The notes below the pieces were generated by a model, which saw nothing but the letters and a program-made list of their open reading frames with translations, made no database searches and was not told the origin of the DNA. Of a stretch of DNA of 64,000 nt, positions 49,236-60,637 are shown in pieces. Where the stretch lies: assembly GCF_006345805.1 (NCBI RefSeq), contig NC_043007.1, forward strand, positions 47,802,001 through 47,866,000, read 5' to 3'. Position 1 is the stretch's first letter; each line of letters begins with the position of its first letter. This DNA is from Octopus sinensis (Eukaryota). A program made the translations under genes and the position numbers.

Positions 49236-52200
49236 AATTTTTATTAACCACAAGGGTTTATATGAAGGACAGCATAGGACAAAACATGGACAGCACAGGA
49301 CAAAACATGGACAGCACAGGACAAAACATGGACTGTATAGGACAAAACATGGACAACATAGGACAAAACAAAAATGCGTGTGTATGTGTGTGAGCGTGTG
49401 TAGTTGTGAGGGTTTTGCGTGTAATCAAAACTAATAAAAATCTTTTAAAAGATCAAAGATGTGTAATCCTGAATAGAGAGGAGACATTCGAGGGCTGCTC
49501 ATGGAAAAACCCCATAAAAAAACATGGGTGTCCTGACTTTTGGGGCTGGTTCCTTTTTTCGTAGCCTTTCCTCTTTCCAACTACAGGCGTATGCTCGTAC
49601 CATTTTCGCCACTTTCATCCAACTTTCGGCAAACTGACTAGAAGACAATACTTCTCTCTCCACACTTATTTTCTTTTTCAAGTGATTGGTCAGAGATTTT
49701 TGGAAATTATCCATCGGTCCCGGCCCAAAAATTCTCCGGAAAAGAGCGACTGGCTGATCTTCTACCATACCCAAGATCTCCCTAAGAACGTCGTCGCACT
49801 TTTCTTCCACTAATCTTCTATAAAAAGCTGAAGTTGATGTTTCACCTTCCGCACTGTCCGATTGGCTGAGGTCTGTGAGCTCTTGAAGATATTCACTTTC
49901 CAAATGCTTCCCCTCGGTCTCTGTTTTACCCAGGACTGCAGCTCCGTTACAGAAACTAGCTGCGAAAATACGTGTTTGGCGAACGGCGACCACACCTGTT
50001 TACCATCAACGAAGCACTGGAGATGACGAAGCCTTAGCGCATGTCTGCGCATCATCAACTACGGCATACACAGGTTACCATACAGCGAATGCTGACAGCA
50101 GATAGACTGCCTGACCATCGGGATACGTCCCTTCCACAAGAAGCTGAAGAGTATACTCTCCAGCGTAATCAAACGGTGGCCAGGAGAAAGCACGATAGTC
50201 AGGCGATAGTAGATGACGAACGCGATATACGCGTTAGCCACCTCTGCTCGACCTTTTAGGGATAGTTTTCTCTCGGCCCATTTCTGGGTGAGAGTAGTCA
50301 TCCTGTTCGTTACGTCGTCCCAGTTTTTGTCCATCTAGAGGTCCGGACCGAACCAAACCCCGAGAAATTTAACCGATCCGTCCGTACAGTGCCCAACGAC
50401 GCAGTTGGACAGCATGGACTTGTTTCTCAAGGTGCCAAGCCGCAAGCCCACTGATTTTTCCTGGTTAATTGTCGATCCTGAAACCACCTTTTAGTCTCTG
50501 AGAGCGGTGTCGATCATTTGTATGCGTTTATGATCCGACACCACTACGGTGATATCGCCAGCATATGCCGACACGCATTTCCCGTGTTTAGGTCACGTGG
50601 GATGCCTCTCAACGTCTCCAGTAGTAGTGGCTCGAGAGTTAGTACGTACAATAGGGAAGGGAGGGGATGACCTTGCCGGACTGAGCGCATAATTTTGAAC
50701 GGCTCTCAGAGGTCACCGTTCACTCTGACCACTGAACAGATGTTGCTGTGCATTGCAGCGATCCAGCCTCTGAATACAGGCCCGAAACCAGCTGCCTTGA
50801 GGATCGCCGACAGGTATAGATGGTCAACCCTATCGAAAGCTTTAGACTGATCTAAATTGATCAGGGCCCTACCCGTGCCAGGTTCTTTAGTCACTTTTTC
50901 AATGATGTATTGCATGAGGTGGGGGTTGTCGTGGATGGATCTTTTTGAGATGGCACACCAGATCCCCAACAACAAGCGCCAACCTCGTACCTAATAACTT
51001 GGCTAAAATTTTGAACTCTGCATTCAGCAGAGTTATAAGCCTAAATTTGTCAAAACAATACCCCTTGTTGAGAGTCTTTTCTCAGAAACGCCACCGCTCC
51101 CTGGCTCACAAATCTAGGAATTCTCCCATTCTGTTGCCAGTTGCAGTAAACGTTTGCTAAGAGTTCACCCAACAAGTCTAGCATGTAAGCGTAAATTTCG
51201 TAGGACAAATCATCCAACCAGGCGATTTATCCCTCGTGCAGCTAGCCATTGCTTCCCGTATTTCAAAGGTTGTTATCGACCTTTTGCGGTGCTCTGTCTC
51301 CATCGCCGAGAGCCTCGGCAACCCATCGAGGTAGGACGTGAAATCCATCTTGCGACTCGGCTCACTGCTGCTCCCGAACAGTTGAGCGAAGCGCCACTAA
51401 AATGCCTCACACATCTGTCCCGGATCAGTTATCATCTGCCCTTCGTGGTTCGGCAAAGATCGGATCGTGGATTTATTGCCACGCCGTGCCTCTGCCACTC
51501 GGGCCCATTGAATAGCTTTCGTCCGTTCGTGTCTAAGTGCTCGTGCCTTAGCTCTGACAACACAATCTTTGTGCTTTGCGTTGAAGAATTAGTCATGTGC
51601 CAATCTCGCTGCGAGCACGTCGGTCGCGATGCCTTTTATAAAAGCTTCGTCTAACTTCTTGACTAGCTCTGTCTCTATTTTCTTTCATTCTACTGCTAGT
51701 CTTCTGCTAAACCTTATCGATTGTATTCTAATCGCCCTGTTAAGGGCGAACCTCCATTTGCTGTTGATTACTGTCTCCGTCAACACCCTCTTAACTAGTT
51801 CACTAACCAAGTCTCTGAAATCTTTACGCGTCGGCGACGACGTGTTCAATTTCCAGAAACCGGGTCCCTATCTAAGTGGACTGTATAGATCAAGAATGTG
51901 TGGTCTGTATAATCGACTACTTTAAACTGTGGACAACCTATGCTATCTTTATCTGCTACTACACAAAATATCCTATCTAGATACGATCTGGATAACCCGA
52001 TGCGGTTGACCAGGTCCACACAGGAACATCCGGGAAATCCAGTAGATACCTGTCAGACATTTGGAATCGTCTGAACAGGTTTGCGAGGCTTTTGCACCCT
52101 CCTTTCCTATCTGCTAAACCTACATGGTCTCACTTTACATCTAAAACTCTATTCCAATCCCCCACTAACGCTGAAAAGCGGGACGTTCCCTGGAAAGTTT

Positions 52201-54296
52201 CCAGACGTCTGAAGAAATCTGGTTGTCCTGCCCCTGTCGGGGCAAAGACGGCAACTATCCTAAAAGTATGTCCGCTGTCTGTCACGTCCAGGACCACCAA
52301 CTTACCCTCTGGATCCAAGAGGATCGTCTGTATTGTAAGATCTAGATTTTTCCGAACCATCACGGCAACTCCACCTCCTGCACCCTCACTACTTGGAGAT
52401 GCGTACACCGCATAGTCACCAAAATTAGGTCGCAAGTCCCATGAGTCGGAAATTCTGGTTTAGCTAATGACCACCACGTCGACATTCAGTTCTTTGAGGC
52501 CGTGTCGCTGAGCAGGTGACCCCATTACCAAGGCGACCCCAGGCCACGTACATTTACACTGCTTATTTTGTACACGACCATGTTTTCGGAAAAAAAAGAA
52601 GAAAAAAAAGGAAAGCTTACTTGGTTTTGTTTAGAGGGACTGTTGTTGTTGTTGTTGTTTGTCCATATGTTTATTTTTCCTTCTGTCTCTTTTACGTTTT
52701 TTTTTGTTTTTAACAGCCAGTCTTCATCATGGTCCGTCTCTCGAGCTATGGTGTCCACCCACTCTGCACTGGGAAGTGAAACATCTTCGGGCGCTGTAGG
52801 TGAATTCGGTGTCAGTATAATCGTTGGTGTTGGTGGTACTACAGCTGAATCTGCAGATGGTGAAGGCGCTGCTGCTGTTGTCGCTGGAGTTCCGGTGGCC
52901 GTTGTTGGTGTAGAGAGGAGAGGTGCTCGTCTCTCCTTTTCGTTTTGTTTAGGGCAGTGGGCTCTTAAATGCTTAGGTGAAAAGCAAAGGTGGCACTTTT
53001 CCTTTCTTCCGTCTACCCTGACTGGAATTATGCTGCCTCCAGGAAGAAGGATCTGGTCTGGGATGAGATCCACATTCTTTTGTGTTGTTTGAATGATGAG
53101 TTCTAAGGTCATCCCAGACCAGCTCTCCTATTTGGTCTTATGGGCTTCGAGGATTTTCGAGTTTTCCTCGATATCTATCATCACTGCCGCAATTAGCCAA
53201 GGAATGGCTATCTCTGGCGGCACCTGTTGAATTAATTTCAGCCAGTCTCTGACCGCAGTTGTAAAAAACTAGTAACAGCTCCTCGCTTTTGAGGGGATTC
53301 CTCGGTGTGGAATCGAACGTCCACAGTTCCATAGGCCTTTCCCCTCTGATATATTCCTTTAGATTCCAGACGGAACCTAAACTCGCATTCGAGCCTCTGT
53401 GGATCTTTCCACTCTCCTTGACTTTAACTCGATTGTACGGTACGTCACTGTGCGATGTATCGTAGCCTGGGTCGTCTCAGGTGGGGTATTCAACATTACA
53501 GCTATTCCATCTCTCTCCACTAGTTGTCTAACATATTTAAGTTCTTCTTCGGAGAATTGTATTCTCTGAAGAGATGACTTGGCTACTCCAGCGAAAGAAA
53601 GCTTTGAAAGGCTGTTTCAAGTCGTTCTGCCGGTTTGTGTGTCTCAGCTCCTTCATTGTCTTTGTCATTTTTGTTGCTGCTGCCGTTTGTTGGTTTTGTT
53701 GTTGCTTTTGCTATTGTTGTTGTTGTGGTTGCTGATGGTACTGCTGATGTTGTTGTTATTATTTGTAGTTAATTCATCCGCTGTCTCGCTCACGGAAGGT
53801 CTTTTACCGCTTACATTTTCGAAATTAATGTTTCCACTTCGAATAATGTTGTTAAAAACAGAGCCTTTGCTTTTCAAAAGATCTTCTGAGTGATCCTTCT
53901 TGAAAAAAATGGTTCCCTTGCCTTTGCCCTTTTTGTCCCTTTTTCGAGAAAAATACAGTTATCGTCTTTTTTTTACTTCGCACGCATGCGCTCTCTCTCA
54001 TTATTGTTTCGTGACGCTCTTCACTTTCTCCTCCTCTCTCACATATGAGCGTCACCGTGTTTTGTGTTTTCTCCATGTTGGTGGGGAAAATGCACATAAC
54101 TTTGCTTAAAAAAACAAAAACAATTGACCTGTCCCCCAAAACTAGAGGACAAAACAGGAAATAAACTCCCCCCTCGACAGCAAATAACTTGTTTTCCACG
54201 ATGGTATAAACTGAAGGGTGTAAATAAAAGTATTTTGTGTTTTTTCCATATGAAATCTACGGAGCTAGGTGAAGCGTGGCTTGTCAGGTTGACGGC

Positions 54297-54298
<2 letters not shown>
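49236..54298 (-). mobile_element. Tx1/L1-like LINE (third family), apparently full-length (~5.06 kb) but decayed
   Basis: ORF1 knuckle CHLCFSPKHLRAHC; ORF2 start MVVYKISSVNVRGLGSPW (52580); LINLDQSKAFDRVDH; VSAYAGDITVV (YADD mutated); LSLKGRAEV. 3' end GTGGTTAATAAA runs into (TTA)n; the 5' end also abuts (AAT)n. Confidence 0.88.
49267..49370. repeat. 21-bp minisatellite, 5 copies, in the Tx1 3' UTR
   Basis: GGACAGCA(C/T)AGGACAAAACAT units start at 49267, 49288, 49309, 49330 and 49351. Confidence 0.9.
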
Positions 54299-54368
<70 letters not shown>

Positions 54369-54369
<1 letters not shown>

Positions 54370-56451
54370 TTCCCAGAAGAGCAGAAAGGATGCCGCAAAG
54401 GCTCATATGGCTGTAAAGATCAACTAATGATTAATAAAGCCATAACTGAAAACAGCCACAGAAAGAAGAAAGGCCTCAGTATGGCCTGGATTGACTACAA
54501 AAAGGCGTTTGATAGCATCCCCCACACATGGATCCTCGAAACACTAGCCATTAACAAAGTAGCACCAACAATCATAAAATTCATAGAGCACATGAATAAA
54601 TGGCAAACAGTCCTACACCTTCAAACAAAAGAGGGACTCATGAAAACCAAAGACATCCCCATTAGAAGAGGAATATTCCAGGGAGACACGCTCTCTCCAC
54701 TCCTTTTCTGCTTGGCACTGTCACCTCTATCTGATATACTAAATAGAACTGGATGCGGATATAAATGTTACGGCAAAACGATCAGCCACCTTTTATATAT
54801 GGATGACCTAAAACTATACGCTGCAAATGACAAACAGCTGGAAACACTATTAAAGACAGTTCATAGATTTACCAAAGAAATAGATATGAAATTTGGATTA
54901 GAAAAATGCGCCAAAGTAACCATGAAAAGAGGAAAACTAGTTAAGAGTAACAACATCACACTAGATAAAACCAACGAAATAAAAGAATTAGACCAAAGCT
55001 AAACTTACAAATACTTAGGAATCCATGAACTAGATAAGACACAACACACACAAATGAAAGAGAAAATAAAAAAAGAATATTATAGACGAGTTAGATCAAT
55101 ACTAAAAACAGAGCTCAATGCTAAAAACAAGATAATGGGTATTAACACTTTAGCTGTCCCAGTTATAAGTTACAGCTACAATATCCTTAACTGGACACGA
55201 AATGAACTGACCAAAATAGATAGGAAAACAAGAAAAATAATGACAGGATCTAGGATGCATCACCCAAAATCTGACATAGAAAGACTATATATACAACGTA
55301 TAGAAGGTGGTAGAGGCCTTATACAGCTGGAAAACTACTATAAAATAACCACCATAGGACTGCAAAAATATCTACTTCAGAAGGAAGGAAAACTGATCCA
55401 GATAGCGGCAAAACACGAGCAAAACAAAAAACTGTTCTCAGTATTTAAGGAAGCGGACAAATACAAACAAGAAATCATACCACCTAATAAACATGAAGAA
55501 GAAGAAGAAGAAGATGAAGAAACAACAAAAGCTATGAAACAAATGAAATCCAAACTAAAAATAGAACAGCAACGGACCATGATAAAACGATGGCAAGAAA
55601 AGCCCCTTCATGGCAAATACTTGACTAAACTAAATGCAAAAGAAATAGACAGAGAAAAATCCCAGCAATGGTTGAGAAGCTCAGGACTCAAAGCAGAGAC
55701 GGAGGGATTTTTAATTGCAGCACAAGACCAAAGCCTTCCCACCAGAAATTACCAAAGCATGTAATGAAAAGAAATATTACAAGTAACTGCAGAATATGTG
55801 GAGATGGACAAGAAACAATAAATCATATTATCTCTAGCTGCCCAGTCCTGGCTAAGAAGGAATATATTCTCAGACATGACAGAGTTGGAACCTACATACA
55901 TTGGAAGCTATGCCAACATTATGGAATAGCAACAGAAAAAAGATGGTATAGGCACACACCAGAAAAGGTCACAGAAAACGAGAAAGCAACCATACTCTGG
56001 GATATGCCGATACACACAGATAGAGAAATTAAGGCCAACAGGCCAGATATAGTTGTCAGAGATCATGAAGAAAAAAAATGCTTTCTAATTGATGTATCAA
56101 TACCGGCAGATGACAACGTGTCTCTAAAAGAAATGGAGAAACTCTCAAAATACAAAGACCTGGAAATAGAGGTAACTAGAATGTGGAATCTGAAAATAGA
56201 AACAATTCCTATCATAGTAGGAGCATTAGGCATGATAAAAAAATATTCAGACAAATACATAACAAAAACACCAGGACTTACAAACACATATAACATACAG
56301 AAGATTGCACTACTAGGCATTGCACACATCCTACGCAGAACACTTTCCATACAATAACCATCAGAGCATCACAACAAATCACAGCACATACCCAAGGCAC
56401 ACAGAGCTGCGCTCGGAAGTGAAGTGAAAGCACGCTATCAAAATAAAACTA

Positions 56452-56454
<3 letters not shown>
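54369..56454 (+). mobile_element. R4/Dong-like LINE family A, 5'-truncated copy
   Basis: Highly similar to 15002-17089; TAA at 55000-55002 (CAA at 15636-15638 in the other copy) and a frameshift near 55757. Flanked by (AAT)n. Confidence 0.95.
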
Positions 56455-56537
<83 letters not shown>

Positions 56538-56589
56538 TATAGTAATGATAATAATTAATAATGATAATAATAATAATTTCAACACCTAA

Positions 56590-57290
56590 ATAGGAAGACA
56601 AGAAAAATATTGACTGCTAAGAACACACACCACTCAAAAGCAGACGCTGATCGTTTTTACGTACCTAAAAGCAGTAGAGGAAGAGAAATGATGTTTATGT
56701 TTATGTTTTCCAGTTTCAGCTCTTGAGCTGTGGCCATGCTGGGGCACCGCCATTTAAAAAGATGAGTTGTTTTTGCTAGAGATTGAAACCTCTATCACTT
56801 TTGTCACTGGCTAGTAACACCCTTACCCACAAGGCCAACTAGCCTGTATGTAGGACTGTGCTATAAGGCCATCATTATAGGAATATATAAACACTGTAAA
56901 ACTGGCACTCCTGCTATCTGGTATAAACATTATTCTGAGCCAGTCATTTCGAATTTAAAATGTCACTATCCTCTGGGATTTTCCAGTCAATACCGACAGA
57001 ACGATCCAGACTACTGGACCGGACATAATTATTAAAGAGCAAAGAAAATACTGGTAGATTAATAGATGTAAATGTTGCCACCGATAAAAATATCTCTGTA
57101 AAAGAATTCGACAAACTTAGTTAATACGAGGAACTGAAAATTGAAATACAAGTGATATAAAATCTTAAAGCAAAAACTGTTCCTGTTATTGTAGGTACCC
57201 TAGGTATGATAATAAAAAACGGGATGTCAGAAAAATTCAAGATATTGTGATAACAAGTATTGCATGCATCTTTAGAAAAAGGTTTGTGTA
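56590..57290 (+). mobile_element. Old R4/Dong-like remnant interrupted by other repeats
   Basis: NRKTRKILTAKNTHHSKADADRFYVPKSSRGR at ~56590; LIDVNVATDKNISVKEFDKL..YEELKIEI and IVGTLGMI at ~57055-57215. A SINE-B tail on the minus strand lies at ~56700-56750. Confidence 0.65.
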
Positions 57291-57314
57291 GTATTATATG
57301 GAGGTATTTCGCTA

Positions 57315-57545
57315 AAAGGCGGCGAGCTGGCAGAATTGTTAGCACGCCAGGCGAAATGCTTAGCGGTATTTCGTCTGCCGCTACGTTCTGAGTTTAAATT
57401 CCGCCGATCGATTTTGCCTTTCATTCTTTCGGGGTCGATAAATTAAATACCAGTTACGCATTGGGGTCGATATAATCGACTTAATCCGTTTGTCTGTCCT
57501 TCTTTGTGCTCTCTGTGTTTAGCCCCTTGTGGGTAGTAAAGAAAT
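57315..57545 (+). mobile_element. Full-length SINE family A monomer with 13-bp TSD
   Basis: TSD AGGTATTTCGCTA at 57302-57314 and 57546-57558; A-box TGGCAGAATTGTTAG and B-box-like GAGTTTAAATTCC. Confidence 0.92.
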
Positions 57546-57694
57546 AGGTATTTCGCTATTGACGTCGTCACTTCTCCCCAAGCTTTCAGTTACAGTGTAA
57601 CATATCATAACCTTCACTTGCCCTAGGGCGCTAATTGTATCTCGGGAAGTGATTGCAACAAACATGCAGATTAAAAGTAAATAATAATAATAAT

Positions 57695-58192
57695 GACTGG
57701 AAGTGTTATCATGTACATTGTTTTGTCTTGGTATAAAAGATGGGCTACACCAAATATTCTGCTCAATACCACAGATTTGCTTGTCAGTTGTTTGACCTTA
57801 ACCAGTTGACCATGTCCCTTAGTGGCTGACGATATGTGTATCTTTGATCACGAGCAGAAGTAGTGGGGGAGCATCATAGCCATGTGTTGAGAGGGATTCT
57901 TTCGGGTTTGAATAATTCACCTCTGGAAACATGAGTGTTTCATTCAACATCCTTAAACAACCCTTAATCAGGGACCTTTTGAGTGGGATGGGTTACCCGA
58001 CCAGAAGAAAATTCTAACTGGGCCCCAGCTAGTTAGAATTTTATCTTGTTATGAGATCACCTTGTCGCGCACATATGGTTGTGATGCATATGCCTGGTGT
58101 ACCCTTATCAGACGGGTAGTCATGATGGGTATACTGGGCTTCGTATATTTTACCCTAGTGTCACTTTGATGGCATGCACTGCTCTCTCACTC
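57695..58192 (+). mobile_element. Family D ~500-bp non-coding repeat, copy flanked by (AAT)n
   Basis: Starts GACTGGAAGTGTTATCATG and ends GCTCTCTCACTC followed by (AAT)n. Confidence 0.8.
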
Positions 58193-58213
58193 AATAATAA
58201 TAATAATAATAAT

Positions 58214-58706
58214 TGGAAGTGTTATCATGTACATTGTTTTGTCTTAGTATAAAAGATGGACTACACCAAATATTCTGCTCAATACCACAGATTTGCTTGT
58301 CACTTGTTTGACCTTAACCAGTTGAGCATGTCCCTTAGTGGCTAACGATATGTGCATCTCTGATCTCGTGCAGTAGTAGTGGGGGAGAATCAAAGTAATG
58401 TGTTGAAAGGAATTCTGTAGGGCTTGGATAATTCACCTCTGGAAATATGGGTGTTTTGTTCGTCATCCTTAAACAACCCTTATTCAGGGACCTTTTGAGC
58501 GGGATGGGCTACTTGATCTGAAGAAAAGTCCCCACCTGCAAGGTCATGCACTGTTTATCTTGATATGAGATCACTATTTCACGCACATATAGTTGTGATG
58601 CATGTGCCAGGTGCACCCTTATCAGATGGGTAGTCATGATGGGTATACTAGGCTTCGTATATTTTACGCCAGTGTTACTTTGATGGTATGCACTGCTCCT
58701 TCATTC
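58214..58706 (+). mobile_element. Family D repeat, second head-to-tail copy
   Basis: Starts TGGAAGTGTTATCATG; colinear with the previous copy with many substitutions; ends in (AAC/AAT)n. Confidence 0.8.
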
Positions 58707-58977
58707 AATATCAACAACAACAACAACAACAATAATAATAATAATAATAATCGTCTGTACCTACCTAGAAGTAATGGGGTAAGAGGAATGTGATCAGAGG
58801 CCATTGATGTGATCATTAACGACATTCTGTTATGTGAACGACCCTATTGCCGATAAAATTATTCTCCCGAACATTGAAATCGTTTTACTCATTCTAAAAG
58901 CTACAGAAGGAATGTGCTCAGCCTTTAACCGAGAGAAACTGCCCAAGATGAATTCAAGTTTATATCATTTATATAAC

Positions 58978-59365
58978 ACTAGCAGTATCGCCCGGCGTTG
59001 CTCAGGTTTGTAAGGGAAATAACTATAAAACATTTTTAGAGAGTTATAGCCAAAAAATAGCAAAAAAATGGAAGAAAAATGATGGTAAATTTTTTTTTGA
59101 GAGTAAAAAAGGTTGAGTTGCGTCCCCTAGACAGTCTGTGGTTTGTTTTTTTTTATTCTCGACCCCATGTCGAATTTATCGATTTTTTTCAGAACTGGGG
59201 GAACTTTTCAAAATTTTCGCTGCGTTAGTTTTGAATTATGACATTGGGCTATGTGTGTGTCAAGTTTCATCAGAATCGGTTGAAAGCCGTGGTCAGGGTG
59301 AGGGTACGAGAAAACAGACACACAGAAACACGCACAGACAAACTGCCGTTTATATAGAGAGAGAT
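58978..59365 (+). mobile_element. Possible non-autonomous Helitron/HINE-like element
   Basis: Starts ACTAGCAGTATCGCCCGGCGTTGCTC, contains CAAGTTTCATCAGAATCGG and a CAGACA-type repeat, and ends TTTATATAGAGAGAGAT. This layout resembles Lep1/DINE-1-type elements. Confidence 0.5.
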
Positions 59366-59711
59366 TTAGCATAACTATTCGATCATTTTTCTGGATATCA
59401 AATATATGTCTAGGAGCAAAACAATGCAAGGAAAAAGAGACAAAAGCCTATTGTTGCTTACCGACGTAAAGTCAAGGTGTTCTATGGTGCTCTATATTTT
59501 TGCATGCTTGTAATTGTTTGATTATTTTTGTAGGTTTTTTTTCTATTAAGCATTGAAAATCTACAATTGGAAAAACAAAACAAAACAAAAAACAAACCTT
59601 TATTGCTATTGCGCGTTAGACTAAGTTATTCGATAAGCTCTAGCTTACTTCCAGCATGAAACGTGATAAGAAATAAAATTAAAAAAGAAGACGAAAAAGA
59701 AGATAAAAAGA

Positions 59712-59960
59712 AAACTCTGAAGTAATAGAATATAAAATAAATCTATTTAAACTTTAAGAGAATAAAGCACAAGTGGGCTAGTGATTTGTCGCAAACAAAA
59801 ACAAACCTACTTATTTTATTTACATAAAGGAAATCGTCAGAAAACTCTAAAGTAAAGGAATATAAAATAAATTTATTTAAACCATAAAAGAATAAAGCAC
59901 AAGTAACTGCACCTTGTGGGTTAATGGTTTGTCGCAAACAAAAGCAAACCTATTCATTTG
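59712..59960. repeat. Diverged 130-bp tandem duplication
   Basis: AAACTCT.AAGTAA..GAATATAAAATAAAT.TATTTAAAC...AGAATAAAGCACAAGT...TTTGTCGCAAACAAAA.CAAACCTA at 59712 and 59842. Confidence 0.8.
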
Positions 59961-60569
59961 ATTAACACAAAGGAAACTTATCGAAATATTAAAATTAAGA
60001 TGAAAACAAGTTTAAGGAGTGTTACAGGAACTTATGTTGTCAAAATGTAATGAATCCGTATACATTACGACAAAATGGTACGATCTCGTCGATACATCGA
60101 ACAACTCGTCTGTATCAGATTTTTTAACCCATGCTGAGCCCTTACGTAATGGTAAAGGTGCTGAAGAGCGCCCTCAGTCACTTAAATAAAATATATATTT
60201 TTGCCTTTTGGTTGAAAAATTGCTAACAAGTTAGCTTTACTATCTCTGTCTGTGTCTATCTGTCTCTCTGTTATATATATACATATATGTGTGTGTGTGC
60301 GTGTGTGTGTGTGCATACACATACACACAAACACGCACACACACACATATATATATAATAATAATAATAATAATAAGAGGAGGGATATAATATCCAGGCA
60401 GATACCGAATTTCTCTCAGTATAATCCCTCAGATGGTGCATTTTTTTGGTAAACTTCCTTTAGCTCCCATCCGATGTTACAGTTTATGTCTTGACTACTT
60501 AGGGTGTAAAGTACAGTATTGATAATAAGGAGAATGAAGAATTTCAACATTAAAACAATAATTGTCCTG

Positions 60570-60637
60570 CACGTGTTTCGATCGCATTAACTGCATACTG
60601 CTGCAACAGTATGCAGTTAATGCGATCGAAACACGTG
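60570..60637. repeat. Perfect 31-bp inverted repeat with a 6-nt loop
   Basis: CACGTGTTTCGATCGCATTAACTGCATACTG-CTGCAA-CAGTATGCAGTTAATGCGATCGAAACACGTG; imperfect extension AATAATTGT/ACAATTATT. Confidence 0.97.
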
